Shown here one piece after another: positions 1-14,300 of a stretch of DNA of 64,000 nt (positions within the stretch are counted from its first letter, which is position 1; each line of letters starts with the position of its first letter). Origin of the DNA: Paragordius varius (lineage: Eukaryota > Animalia > Nematomorpha). A program made the translations under genes and the position numbers. The DNA lies in assembly GCA_964247055.1 (NCBI GenBank), contig OZ176056.1, positions 8,246,001 through 8,310,000 on the forward strand, given 5' to 3'. The notes beneath the pieces were generated by a model. It searched no databases and was not told the origin of the DNA. It saw only the letters and a list, made by a program, of their open reading frames with translations.

Positions 1-60
1 TGTAAAAGATTTAGCCAGACTTGTCTTTTTTTAAAATTTGGAAAATTGCTACATTGTAAG

Positions 61-3000
61 CTGATGTGGCCTTAATTCGTTTAATTGAATCAAATTGATA
101 ATTAAAAAAATATAAAGACATATACTGATTTTTAAATCGAAATCGTTGTCAATTAGTTTTATTTAAATTTCCTCCAAAAAACATCACAGTTTGTAAACCA
201 TTAATTCAATTGAGAAAATTTTTACCGTTTTTTCTTAGACTTTTGATACGATCTTAAATTTTATATAAATGCCTAATAGACAATATTACCCAATACATTC
301 CGGTCAATGCTACTCAAGGTTGTATTTATGTTTCCTTTTGATTATAAATTTTTAAGTATGTCTATTTACTAAAAAACCAAATTAATGTTGGTTTTAATCT
401 CAATACGCGGTATTAATTCAAATATTTTATTTGCAGATCACAGACAATTGGTAGCGAATTCAACAATGACACACTCAAACAAAGAGCTTAGTAAGTTACT
501 TTGGATAAATTTTATGTGAGAATCAATCTACCATACCAAATCAAATTTAAGTCAAAAATTATTTAAGACTTTGGCCCTACGCTTTTAAAATAATGTTGTG
601 AATTAAGAATAGCAAAAAAATTTCATCCTTGAAAATAATTTGGATATATTTCCTTTCGATACGGTTCAATGCCTAAAATCTATTTTTGCCTTGTAAAGAT
701 AATTAACAAAACCACAATAGTGCTGCATTCATAGGCAATCCGAGCGGTTATTAATTTAGGGTTATATAAATTTTATTATCTATTATCAAATTATATATAC
801 AGTGAGATGTCCTTTTATGCGAAATCCCACAAATTTTATATATGCAAATTAAAATATTCTGTCAACTCAACCATTTTTAATAAATATAAAACGAACATTT
901 TAAAAGCTTTGTATATCACTTTCTAAAAAACCGTACAGTCACAGGCTAAAACTAGATATTTATACATTATATTATCAAAAATATTTTTGAAAAATGCAAA
1001 TCGAAATCAATTATATGCCTGTTTACGTGATAAGTTTCAATTATTCAATCCGAATGACTCTTAATAAATCATGTTTACATTCTTGGCAAAATTTGTAAAA
1101 AATGTTTTGATAATTTGAAAGGAAAAAAAACAGAAAATTAATTTATTCGATCTAAATTGTTAAACTTTATAAATAACGGATATTTTACAACATTAAAACA
1201 GTAAGCAACCACAAAAAACTGTACAATACAGGGATATCTTTATGACGCACTCAAATAAATTTTTACTAAATTAATTGATATTAAATTTTTGACTATTGGA
1301 TATTGTTCCCCTCCTATTATTTATAATTCGATGAAAAAATAATTTAAAATACCTCTTAAAATTAGTAAATGACCTATAAAAAATTCATGCAATAAAAATA
1401 TAAATTATACGGGCGAAACGTAAAAATATACAATTTTGATAAAAAAATATTTTTACGTTTTGTCTCTGCATAATTTCAAATTTTACTGTAAATTATTAAA
1501 TTTTTATTTAATTTTTAGATCAAATCCAAGATTTTTTACCCGATACTATACAGTCTAATGTAGAGTCTAATGTGAGGCAAGGTTGTTTCATATATTAATT
1601 TTTAATATAAAAAAAAATTACTAATTATTTAAAATTAGAACAAATCCAAAAAATAAAAAGTATAAAATATATATGATATATTCTATAAAACATTTTTGAA
1701 AGAGTTATTGATTTATATTGAACACATAAAAATGTAGAGAAATACGGATGGGTAATTTAATTCTTCTGCTTGCAAATTTATACCGTTGTATTCGATTTAT
1801 TTATATTTTTAAAGTCTAAAAACAATTATAATGATATTTTATTTAATAATAGTTTAGTAACGCCTATATAAAATATTAATTTTTTTTCGATTCTTTTTTT
1901 TTGATAAATTTTAAAATTGTGGAATTCCATTACCCTGAAAATTTTATAATTAAAATCAAATACGGAAAAAATATTTTTTATACCATTAAATATATACCAT
2001 CAATTTAAATTTACCCTTAAACAATTTAAATTCAACCTCGAACAATTTAGATTCACCTTTGAACAATTCAAATTCACCCTAAAATAAGTTATATTTTGGG
2101 CTAATATAACTCATCATATTATGAAATATATTTTTACGACATGTTTATTATTTTTTCAGCATTATTTTAATTTTAAACAGAATTTATAATTTACAAATAC
2201 TAAAAATAAAGGTAATTTTTAATCATTGAAAAACGACATAATTTATTTTAGGGTGAATTTAAATTGTTAACTGTAAATTATATTTCATTTATATAACTAA
2301 ATATATATATGTATAAATCTAACATAAAATAATTTATTGAAACAAATATAGAATGATGTCGATGATGTTGAATCATCTGATGGTAAACATATTAATTTTT
2401 ACCATAAATGAGCCTCCTTAATAACTGTTACAAATATATTCTTTGCTAAAATATTTTTTTAATTAAGTGAATTAGTGTTTATGTTTAAAATAAATATTTT
2501 AATATTCAAATCATGATAAAATAGGATCATTTAAGATAACAAAAGTTTTATATGTATGTATTTGTTAATTTTAATGTTCGATAACTAGAAATAATAATTA
2601 ATTTTGTAAACTTGTGTTTTAATAAAGCACAATCTGAAAAATAGAAACATGGTTTGATTTTGATGCCTTTCATGTAGTTTATTTTGTATAGGCTGAAATC
2701 CAAATATATCAGGTGTTCGTATATTCTAAGTTGCTAAGATTATGCTAGACTATAAAATATTTTTTAGTGTAAAATATATTTTTAGATAAATTGATTTATT
2801 ATAGTTTTACAATTTATCAATTATTATTTTATTTAGATTTTACCACCATTCGATTCAAAAGTAATAATTCATATTTGATCCATAATAAAAATGAAATAAA
2901 TCTTAGTTTTTTAGGTAATTTTAGATATAAACAGCATAGTTGCATTTTGAAAATTATGTTACCTTATTACACCACAAAGAATTCATTCACTTTTAACTAT

Positions 3001-3381
3001 AATGAATTTATAATATTTTCACCATATAATTTCAATCAATCTTTTAACAAACGGTAAATTTTTAGACATTAAATCCAGTTTAAAGCAAAGACTACAAAAT
3101 TTAACCAATATAAGTTTATCTAACTATATTAATTAAATTTTTATAAATGATCATTTGAAAATCTTTAAAGTTTGCTCTACCATATTTAACATATAGCTAA
3201 ATTTTAGTATTATTACTGATACTGCGATATTTTTGTATGTCAAGATCTTGAATTACCTCAGAAACGCTTTTTATTAATAATTTATGGTAGTTTAAGTACT
3301 GAAGCTTATATCAGTCGATGTTAGAGCCATTTTTAACAATTCAAATTTTTTATATTATATTTACCAGATAAAGAGGACTGA
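61..3381 (+). CDS. 3' part of a putative micro-exon gene (gene 0), acidic C-terminus; 5' end outside window
   Basis: AG/GT-bounded exons that chain in frame: 61-78, 280-318, 437-490 (ttgcag/gtaagt), 735-746, 1564-1581, 1738-1751, 2352-2382, 3368-3381 (stop). Product: xDVALIHNITQYIPVNATQDHRQLVANSTMTHSNKELSNPSESNVRQEKYGWNDVDDVESSDDKED*. Exons 280-318 and 437-490 are best supported; the smallest are tentative. Confidence 0.5.
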
Positions 3382-4029
3382 AACGAATTCCGAAATTTAT
3401 GATTTATATATATTTATATATTTCTATATTGTGCTTTTATATTAAAATCATGTAATTATTTTATATTTATAGCTAATTTTAATGGAACTGAAACCGATAA
3501 AGACCCCATCGCATGATTGATTATATGGTTCTCGATTTTTGTTTAATATGTAGGAATTATATTCACCATTTAATTTTCTGCAATATAGATTAAAAAGATC
3601 ATCCATTTAATAACCAATTACCTATTCAATATGGGATCAAGGGACATTGATTTTTTTAAAAAACATGGGATTTTTTATATCAATAATTTGATGGAATGAT
3701 TACATAATAAATGAGTTAGTTTTTTTAACTTTTATTGTTTCAGCAATAACTAAAACAACAGTTTGCGCCTACGTTAAAATTAAAAAAAATGGCACATGTA
3801 ATATATTTATAATGTAATAAATTAATTAATTTATCTATAATAGCTTTAAAACTATTTTAGAAAATTAGACAACTTTCTATGTCTTAAGGTCTGTTACATC
3901 ATATACTTTCGCTTTAGTATTTGATAAGATATCTTATAGGTAGTAGACTGCCATTGAATACTCCTTAAAGTATGAAGGATATATAAATATTTCTTGAGAT
4001 GTGCCCTAAGGATGTCTTTGAATTATTTT

Positions 4030-5276
4030 GGGTGGAGTGAATAAAAAAAAGGAAACCCTTTAAGTGTTTTCTATGCTCGCTTTTTCAAAGAAAGGGTTTC
4101 CTTATAATTCACATAAAAAACACATCTGATTAACTCTCGAGTTCCCTTAAACCATGCCTAAAACCGATATAAATGTACCTGAAGAAAAATTAAGACTTCT
4201 TCTTGCAAAGTATAATATTTAATATTTTAGATATCCCATAGTTTTAAACAAATCTATGGTACCGTATATTGTAATTTAAAAAAAAGAAGCTTATAAAAAT
4301 CTACAAAATGATTTGTTGACAGAAACAAAGAATTATTATGAGATTGATCAGGTTTAGCGATAGATATGAAAACTTCAATCAAAAAAATATGAATTAAATA
4401 ATACAGGAAACGTTGTCATAAAAGATCGCACGAAATCAAAGAAAATTTTCCTAAATTCTAAAGATCACACAGAATCGGAAGAATTTTTCAATTTTTATGA
4501 CAATTAAATCACATTTTATGATATTAAATAATAAATAGATTAAAGTTTATTTACACATTTTTTTATGATAAAATAATAGTTTTTATACAAATTTTCATTT
4601 GACAAGAATCACATAAAAAACTGATTGACTTTAAATTTTTGAGGCTTGCATACAATAAGAAATGAGATTTGTTAAAATGTTTACCCCAAAAACTAGCTTA
4701 ATAGTAATTTGATTCCCGGGATCTGCGACAAATCTTAAAAAAATTCTTATTTTTGTCTCCTCAAAACTTCCTCTTCTTTAATCGAAATCAGGGAAAAGTA
4801 TTTTGTCATAAAGATTATTGTTTGATTATTAAATCGTAGAATTAGTTTTATAGATAATTGATTCTCATGCATATTATATGTTTTTTTGTTTCTTATCTAA
4901 GATCGTTGAGCAAACATTTACTACACTGTATTACAAATATACTAGAAAAATCTAAAATATATAAAAATAACTTTGAATATTGAAATTTAAACTTATCGAA
5001 TCTAATATCAAAACCGTATTAGCTCTAATTGCCTTGTTTGATCCTCTACTATCGATTGTTATAAAATTTATAAATATTTAAGGATGGTATTTAGCATCCT
5101 AAAAAATATGTAGGGTTTCCTTTAATATATTTTTTTATTCACTTAAAACAAGTGTTTCCTTAAAAATCTAATGTTAATTTTTTTAGGGTTTCCTTAGCTT
5201 TTTATTCACTCCAAATTAAGGAATCTCTTAAAAAAGATAAGGAAAGAGTGTTTCCTTTTTTTTATTCACTCCACCC
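4030..5276. mobile_element. Unclassified 1.25-kb TIR element with subterminal repeats
   Basis: 27-bp TIR GGGTGGAGTGAATAAAAAAAAGGAAAC at 4030 and its reverse complement ending at 5276; three or four GTTTCCTT...TTTTTATTCACT repeats at 5112-5276; a short decayed ORF start MPKTDINVPEEKLRLLLAKYN at about 4154. Confidence 0.6.
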
Positions 5277-6099
5277 TTTATTCTATAATTCAACTTTTAC
5301 AAAATGTTCGGTTTATTGGTTTTATACTTAATCATAATTAAAATTTAGGACAAAATACACGCTAATGAAATTAGATTACTCTAATATTACGGATTATTTG
5401 TCCATAAAAATTCCTATTATTAGAGAGACAGTAGGATGAGTTTAAAGAGTTCAAAATTGCGCGCCTAAATTATATAATTAACTTTTTAAATAGGTTGCAT
5501 TTAGGCAATATATGCGGACATTACTAAGCGAAGGAAAGGAAAGTGCTGTCTATTTTGGAGAAACATAATCAATAACAAAGTAAAAATATATTCCATACAG
5601 TTTTAATTAAGGAAATACTATCAATTCGGAGTTATCATCAAACAGTTCATGCCTAAAGAAATTTTATTTGCATGGAATTATTCATAGCGTATGAGAGTTG
5701 GAACGCAAAAAATACCTGAGAGATGGTTTGTGTTGAAAAAAGAGGCTCTTTAAATGCAATCAGGACATACGGAATTTTCTATACCGGTAAATATAAAAAA
5801 GTTGAACATTAAATCAATTTAGAAACATCGATAGATGATTTTTAAAGTATAACACTAGACAACCACAAATTTTAACTTTTTTGAAGTACGATCCTTGTAA
5901 ATTTAAAATTTATTGCATACATAAATAGTATATTGAAATAAATTGGAGCACCCAGGAATTTTTTTATTAGGTAACAGAAATTTTTGGCCCTGATTTGATA
6001 TTAACTCTTTATTCTCTTATGGAGTAGATTTATATAAACAGATTTGATATTTGAATGTGTTAAAAAGTATTCAAGGTTTTAAGCCAAATTAAAACATAT

Positions 6100-6480
6100 G
6101 CCTTCTTTAGTTTTTTAGGCGCATTATACAATTTTTTTTTGAGAAAAAACAACATTGTAAAAAATCCTCATCTCAAAAACTTTTATGTCACCTTCTTCTA
6201 TAAATTTTTTAATTGCTAATGCATTAGTTAAATAAATTTAGTTATGATTAGAAAATGTAATCAAACTTTATAAAGTGACATTTTACCATCAAAAAACGTG
6301 ATACATTTTAATTTTAATAACTGTTCGTTTCAATCGTGTTTTTAAGCTGTTTCAACTTTAGAGCTCACAAAACTGTAAAAAATATAAGCGTTTTTAATCT
6401 TTAAACCACAAAATGCCTCTTTTATAATATTTAATATACATACATGTTTAAAATTAGCTCAAAAAAACCCTAAAATTCAG
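6100..6480. repeat. Dispersed repeat family F
   Basis: Shared AAAATCCTCATCTCAAA and CACAAAACT motifs at about 6160, 11510, 13480 and 20900. Confidence 0.5.
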
Positions 6481-8363
6481 CGTTTATACCCGTACTAGTT
6501 TTTCGCCACAATATAAAATGACCATTTTGTTTTGTTTGTAAGATAGATAGATAGAGCTCTTTATTAAATGACACAGATTCAATAAAATAAAAACTTTTTA
6601 TTATAAAGTTAGATATAATTTTCTGTCAGTTTTCTCTTTTTGAAAAATTAAAAAAACCCGTATTATCACGAAAATTTGATTGGGGGAATCAAAAATAATC
6701 TCAGATTCGGATTTGGAACACTGAAGTAAGTCTAAATTTACAATTTTGAGTGGTGGTACTCAAAATAAATTTGTTGACTGGTGCTATCGATTTTAAACAT
6801 ATTTTCATTTTATAGAGTATAATTTACTCTTTCGAATAATTATAACAAATGGGGGGTTGTTGTATATTGTAAAAAAACATATAAGTAAAATTTTGATAAA
6901 GAGATGGCATAAATATACTGTACCATAACAATCTTAAAATGTTATTAATTATTAAAAAATACAAAAACTTGAGTGACAGAAAAATTTGTTGCCTAGTGTA
7001 ATAATTTAGAAGATGTTGGACTTAAAAAAGTTATAATTAATTTTGAGTTAAAACTTATTTTTACAGAATTAGCAGTTTTAAACAGTCCATATCAATGAGC
7101 TCAATTGAGAAGTAATCACTATAATAAAAATATGAATGGTGTTAACAAAAATAATTACAATTAATTAATGATTATATTTGAGAACACTTTTTTACTATAT
7201 ATATTTAGAAATGTAAACTTGTCTGAATTAAATACGAAGAAACATGATTATTATCAAATCAAGACCCTTGAAATTTTTGTTAAAGTAATTCATATGGTAT
7301 TTTAAATAGAAAATTCCAATTTTTTTCAACGTATAGAAGGAAATCCCAAAAACTTCTTTTGAGTTAATCTGCAAAAATATATAGAATACTTTCTAAATTA
7401 GAAAATTTTCATTTATGATAGATAATTAAGATTGGTAATACATCTTTATAATTTATTTAATATTACAAGGAACATTATTGTGTAAAAATATGCATTCTGA
7501 AAATACTGAATTTTATAAATATTTAAGGCCAATTTAAATATTTTTATTAAAATTATCGGTTATTCTAACTATAGCTGTTGGTATTTTATTGGAACTCTCG
7601 TTTAAAAAAATGTTAAGCAATAAACACTTTGAACAAGAAAATTTTAAACATATTAATATGTAAATATCGCCACTGAATAAATCTAGAATATTTTTTTATC
7701 ATATTTACTCTAAATAATATCAGCATTTGCATATTAATCATATTAAATCCTGGCTAAATTAATATAATCTAGAATTTTCTTAACAAATGATAATTCATGT
7801 CTATAAACCAATTTTTACCAATCATTTTGTTACCGATAAATGCCAGCGTAAAAAACAACATAGCTATCAATAATCTCATTTATTAAAATATTGTAATATA
7901 AAAAAATCACAAAATTGTTAATAATCCAAATAATAAGCCCATGATTAATGTTATAAAATTTATAAAAAAGTTGAATTTAAAGTAAGCATGTGGTTAAATG
8001 TGTCTGGCTTTTGCTATCCCTAAATACAAAATAAAAAAAATTATATTTAAATTAAAATTATTCAATGTTTTTTGAAAATGCATTCATAATTTTTTGGAAC
8101 GAATACACTTAAGGAACTGATAAATACATATTTATTATATACACAAAATCTAACGGTAATATCTATAAAAATTATCTTTTATACATACTTAACTCGTATC
8201 AAACGTTTAGTCCAAAATTTTATTTAGTTTATAAATTAGTTGTATGTGAAAATAAATTTATATCATCAAGAAATACATTGCATTGATTTAACGATGGTAG
8301 CAATTTTTAACCATTTGATTTTTTATATAACTTTAATTATAAAATAATCATCAATATTACTTA

Positions 8364-11300
8364 TTAGGAAGGTTGTTGTTGACCTTGTTCAAGACCTAAT
8401 TTTCAAAAATATTTTTAATAAGTTAAATATATATATATAATATATAGTGAAAAAAAAGTTATCTAGAAATATATATAAATATATATTCGTCTTTCAATCG
8501 GATTGTTCTTTTACATTGCTAGCAATTTATATATTATTAATAAAAAGAGCAATATTAACCCTGGGTATAAAATATTAAGACCTATGAAACTACGTTACAT
8601 AGTGGTAAAGAAATAATTCAAAAAAACCAAATATTCGCTATATTCTAAGGCAAAATGGCTGAATTGTCATATTTTATACAATAAATGCTTGTAATTATGT
8701 AAGTTTCCAAGTTAATAAAGCAAATTGTCAAATCAGGGAAATTATTTTAAAGAGTATAAAATTTGATAAATATATATATGGGCTTAAATTGTGAATAATA
8801 AATAATTAAACTTGAGAATTATATTGCACATGGTTTTACTGACTTAGCCCTTTTGCAAAAACATATGATTAACCCGTTCGGTATTTAAGATGGAATTTTA
8901 AATTTAAATTTCAAATTTAATCGAACGGTAATTATCAAATGTCGAGAACTAGCCCTATAATACATATAATTATACTAGGCATAACCGCCTTAAACCAATA
9001 TTTAAAATTCTTTGAAATACTGTTTTCATATGATCTGATTTTTGCATTTTAGCACTTTGTTATTTCGAACGTTATTGAAATATGCCTTTTAATTTATTTT
9101 TTAGTATACTCGATTCACAAATATACACCATTCCCGATTTTGGATATAATAGATAGCGGAATTTTTAAAACTGGCTACTTAATATAAGTCAGTTTAAATA
9201 TTATTATGCTCGTTTTGTGAGTTGTTTATATATATTTCTCTATCAAATGTGATATTAATTTCGTTTTAAACATATAATCTTGTATGAAAATTATTTTTAT
9301 GTACCATCACTTTAAGAGTGTTTTTGAACACTTCAAGTAGCTTCTTAACATTTTAGTTGGTCCTTGAAATTACATTATGGTCCTTTACATTTTATTGTTT
9401 TAACTTTTATAAATCATATCGTGTATAATTTAATGATTTTATTATTTTAATCTATTTTCTTTATTTAACATAAACTTTTGAATCAATATCATTTAAAATC
9501 ATTCAGAAACCGTATATCTTCTTTCCTTTCTTAGAAAATTTTTTTATAAACATATAACGCGTAAATTAAAAATATATTTCTGGGTTATTAATTAATTTAT
9601 TTTAAAAATTATAAGGTAATTAATTTGTTACATTGGGAAAAATTAGTTTTAAACAAATGTTTTTGAAGAAAAAAATAAATTTTTCAAATATATAATAAAA
9701 AAAGTAAATTGTGTTAAAAACAATAATACTTAAATAGTAATTAAAAATTTAAGAACAACTTCAAGTGTTTACCTTGATTTAAAAATCTACCTTATGTTCA
9801 CTTAACAACTTGAAGTGTTCAAGGACACTCTTGAAGTGCAAATGGTTTACATATCGTTTTATGCAATGTTTTTTATGATACGAATAGTGGTTTAATACAG
9901 CTATTATATTTATGATTATACTCTGAATGTTATAAAAAAGGCAACAAATTTTTTTTTATATCCTTTAATGCTTTGCATTCAGTTTAAGGTAAATGATTAC
10001 TCACTTTAAGTCATAAAGTTTTTTTTGGCTTATTTAACGAGTTTTAGCATTATCGGTTAATAAACATTTTATCACTTTTGTGTTCGGCAAATAAATATTT
10101 TTGTATCCTATTCTCAACATGAATAATCCTTGAAAATAATAAATTGGAAATTCAAAATTTTATGAAAATATAGGAGTAATACAAATTTTTTAAGACATAC
10201 CCGTTTGTCCTTCATCCGTTGTTCTTTCCCCAGGTAATGCGTTTCCTTCATCCTCAGCTAAAGGTGTAATACATTTTAATCAGGGGTGTTCACAAAATTT
10301 TTCTGAAGCCCGCGAGAAAACAAATACAAAAGTTTAAATAATTAGGAAAAATGATTTTAAACATTTTTTTTGAATAATCTTTTCAAATTTTGGCCATGAA
10401 CTAGTAAAATTACTTCATTATGCCTAAAATCTAAAAAAATATTTGTTTAATCCCAAAAATTTTGCGATTGCGGCCCGGGAATCCAATTATGTTGGACACC
10501 CTTGATATAATACTTTGTTGAAATAATAAATAAATTGCACATATTAATTATAGAATCGATATAAAGTTAAAACTAAAACCATTTACAATTCAAATTTACC
10601 CTTAAACAATTTATATTACCCTTGAAGAATTCGATGTCACCCTCAAACAATTCAAATTTACCCTCAAATATATTATATGTTTTTCAAGATTAAAAATTAC
10701 CTATATTTTTATTTATTTTTGTAAAATAAAATTTTTAAATTAAAATAATGAAAATATAAAAACTATGCCATAAAGATAGGTTTTATATTAACAATGAGTT
10801 AAAATGGTTCGAAAACACATAATTTATTTTAGGGTGAATTTGAATCGTTTAGGTTTAAATTAAATTTTTTCAAGAGTAAATTTGAACTGCAAATGGTATA
10901 TGTTTTACCTTGAGTGAAAACTGATGTTAGGTCATCCAAGACTTGAGTCTATATTTTATATAACATATTAATGTATTGTATAAAAAGGTAATAAATTTTG
11001 ATGTTTACATTTCCGAATATTTCTAAATAAATTAATAAATTTGGATATAGGTATTATATTATAAATAAATAAAAATATTAAATAAGTGTACGTGTCTTTT
11101 CCTCCTCAGTCATACCTAAAATATAGATATTTGTTTTAAGACAAAAATACAAAGTAAAATTAAATGATAAAAATTTAAAATAGATTATGAAATCAAAGAA
11201 AGTTTTGATCAATCCATAGTAAAATAATTAGAGTTGCAAAGTATGTTTTTTATAGAATTAAAAATATTACGATGAGGTTGATTTTCTAGATCGGCGGGAT

Positions 11301-14300
11301 TTTGGGCCAAAGTTGAATTTTGTTCTACTACAGAGATAAAATAAAAAGTTTTTAAAAATGGTTTCAAATTTTAATACTCAGTTAAGACTTTATTATCTTT
11401 TGGAGTGGCTTTGTACACAGAGCGTTTAATAACGCAATATTTATTAAAGTATTTATTTTTTTGTGTTAAATATAACAATATGTATTGTTGAGCCTTAAAT
11501 CTATAAAAATCCTCATCTTAAACCTTTTCGCCGTTTCATCATTAGAATTTCCTAAATAGCTAATACATCAGGCAAATGAATGTATATACTAAATAAATTC
11601 AGTTGATTTTCTTTTTCACCATTCATATAATCAGATGTGTGTTTGAAGCAAGATTTGGAGCTTTTTCGATTTCGGACCCTTGAAGTCAGCACAGAAAACT
11701 GCAAATATGAGGTTTTACTAACATAGGACAACAATGTTGACAAAAGTTTTAACTAAATAACTTTCAAAAAAGCTCTGGTATATCAAACAACCCCAATATT
11801 TTATGGCGGATAAAAAAACTAGAAATATCCTGAAATTTTAAAATGTAATCGGCGGAATAAAGTGAAAAGGTAATTAACCACGTGTTAATTCATACCGTCA
11901 ATGTCCTCATTCTCACCAGGTGTGTCATTGATTTCATCATCCCGGGCTAATGATAAGATTTAAAAATTTTCTTTCAGTAAATATAAAATTAAATGATATA
12001 TGGCTTGCTGGTTAAGCTAAACTTTTTTCTAGATGAGGTGTAAAAAAGGTTTTTAAATGCCAATGTTTACGCAATTTTTTATCGTTTGTATAAAACAAAT
12101 ATTCCTTTTTCAAAATAAATCATATACAACCGTTATTGTAAGTTATATTGTTTTTGAGTTTGACAAACAAGGAATAAAGATGAAAATTGGTAACTAATCA
12201 TGTTTGTTTTTGTGAATTCTTTATGACATATTATATAGAAAGAATTAAGTTAGATAATATAAAAAAAATTAGTTTGGTGCTCTTTGTATTTGTATAATTT
12301 GAATTTAATACTAGTATAAAAAGTATAAAAAATTTTTATGATAGCGTTTTAAAAGTTTATTCCAAGCAAAGCATAACCAACATTTATGTAACTGATATGA
12401 AACTTACGTTGATCAACGATTATTGTGAGATCACTTTCTTTTTCTGTCTAGAATTATAGAGTTTGCATTTTGTTAGAAGAATATGAAACAAGCAATCAAT
12501 TGTTATAAAAAGCTATATTACCCCTCCATGCGCCCCTAATCATCAAATTAAATATATATAATAAAAATTCAAATAATACGGACAAAATTTAAAATATTAT
12601 TTATTATTTTTTTAAAACCACAACCATAATTTTTAAACCTTATGCTCCCATATAAACTATTTAATTATACATTTGTAAAAATTATATTTACATCTTATTT
12701 TCAATTTTAAATCATTCATATCATAAAGGTTTAAAATGTATAGGTTGTCTTAAAAAAATACATCTTTTATACGTTTTATCCGTACAATTTAAATTTTTAC
12801 TGTATGTTTTTTCAAATATTTGTTGAAAAAAATATGGAAAATGAAAAATAATACGTATAGAATCTGTTAAACTGGGACCTAAGGAAAATATAATCATTTT
12901 ATACAATATAAATATAATTTAAATATCTGATATTGCTATTTTTAATGCAAAAAAAAATTGAAAACATAATAACAGTCAAAAAATGCAATTACGATTAGGA
13001 TATGGGAAAGCTAGGGTACTATTGTCCATTGAATTAACTATAGATATATGGTACATTTTTTAAAATATTAGATCATGTTGATTTTCATTTACGATTGAAT
13101 AAATTATACCAGATTTCGCTGCAACGTTTTCCGAAGTAGTTTGACCATTGAAATTGTCGGAACCTTATAATGTATAAAAAAAGTAGAGTCTGACAAAAAA
13201 TATAATAATATTTTCCATTCAGAATATATATATATCATCAGGTTATTTTTGTAGACACATATTTTACTAAACATAGGATTCAGGGCTACAAAAAGCATTA
13301 TAATGGCCGCATGAAGTGGCGGTTTGAGTATTACTAAGAAAGCTTTTTGAAAATAATAATTTTATTATCTCAAACTTAATTTTAATTTATAGTATTTGTA
13401 CCCCAGAGCGTTTTACAACGAATAAGCATTACTGAGCCTTTTAGGCAAAGAAGCAATAATATTATAAAAAAGGTAAAATAAAAATCCACGTCTCAAACTT
13501 TTTGATCGCCATTTTCTTAGAATTTAACACTTAAGAAAACCTCAGTTATTCATGAGGAATTAACCTGGATCAATGCAACAATGTGGAATAAATTTAACCA
13601 TTGCAAAATTTCGCATCCGCCTAACATTGACCGAAATGTAAAAAAAATGGTTCACAAAAAATTGTTAATAAATATTTTATGGATATACCAGAGAATAAAA
13701 GTTTTATTAACATATGTGCATTAGTTAAATATAAAAATAATGCAAAATCAATCATTTTTGGTAGGTTTATTGTAATTTAATTAAATCAACTTCAACTTTC
13801 GTTAGAATAAAGGTACGATAATTTACAAAAATGAATAAAAATGGCGACAAGTTATTAGATATGAATTGTTGAATGCTAATAATTATTAAAAAAACATTTC
13901 AAATTGGACCCGGCCCTTTCAATAGTTTTCTCATATATACCAGTTAAAAAAAGTTCTGGGGTCACTAGTTTCCCCAATTCAAATCAAAGTGTTAAACCTC
14001 TAATACAACCAGGAAATAGATGTATATCCGGTTAAAAAGATAAATAATAAAGCTTCAAGAACTATTTTAAATCAATTTATTCGAGTTTTTGGGGCTAGCC
14101 CATTTTCGGCCTCTTAAAGTCAGAAAACTGGGAACACCATAAGGCTAATTTTTTAATCTGATAGATAACTTTCAACCAAAATAACTAACTTTCTAAAATC
14201 ACTAATTTACTAAAACTAAAACTTTGGGGTAAAAAATTTCCTTAAATGCGATTGGCTGAACATATAAAAAATAAATTAAGCACGTGTTTTTACCGTCAAT

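Noticed and set aside
2791-3057. 88-aa ORF and similar F/I/K/N/Y-rich ORFs in the track
   Set aside because: Composition reflects AT-rich non-coding DNA; several have non-ATG starts; no motifs or splice support.
11524-11551. Minus-strand 28-nt exon candidate (NSNDETAK)
   Set aside because: It breaks phase and is part of repeat family F.
11635-11711. Plus-strand exon-like segment (VCLKQDLELFRFRTLEV)
   Set aside because: It lies in repeat family F, and the paralogous copy near 14080-14150 does not keep the sites or the frame.
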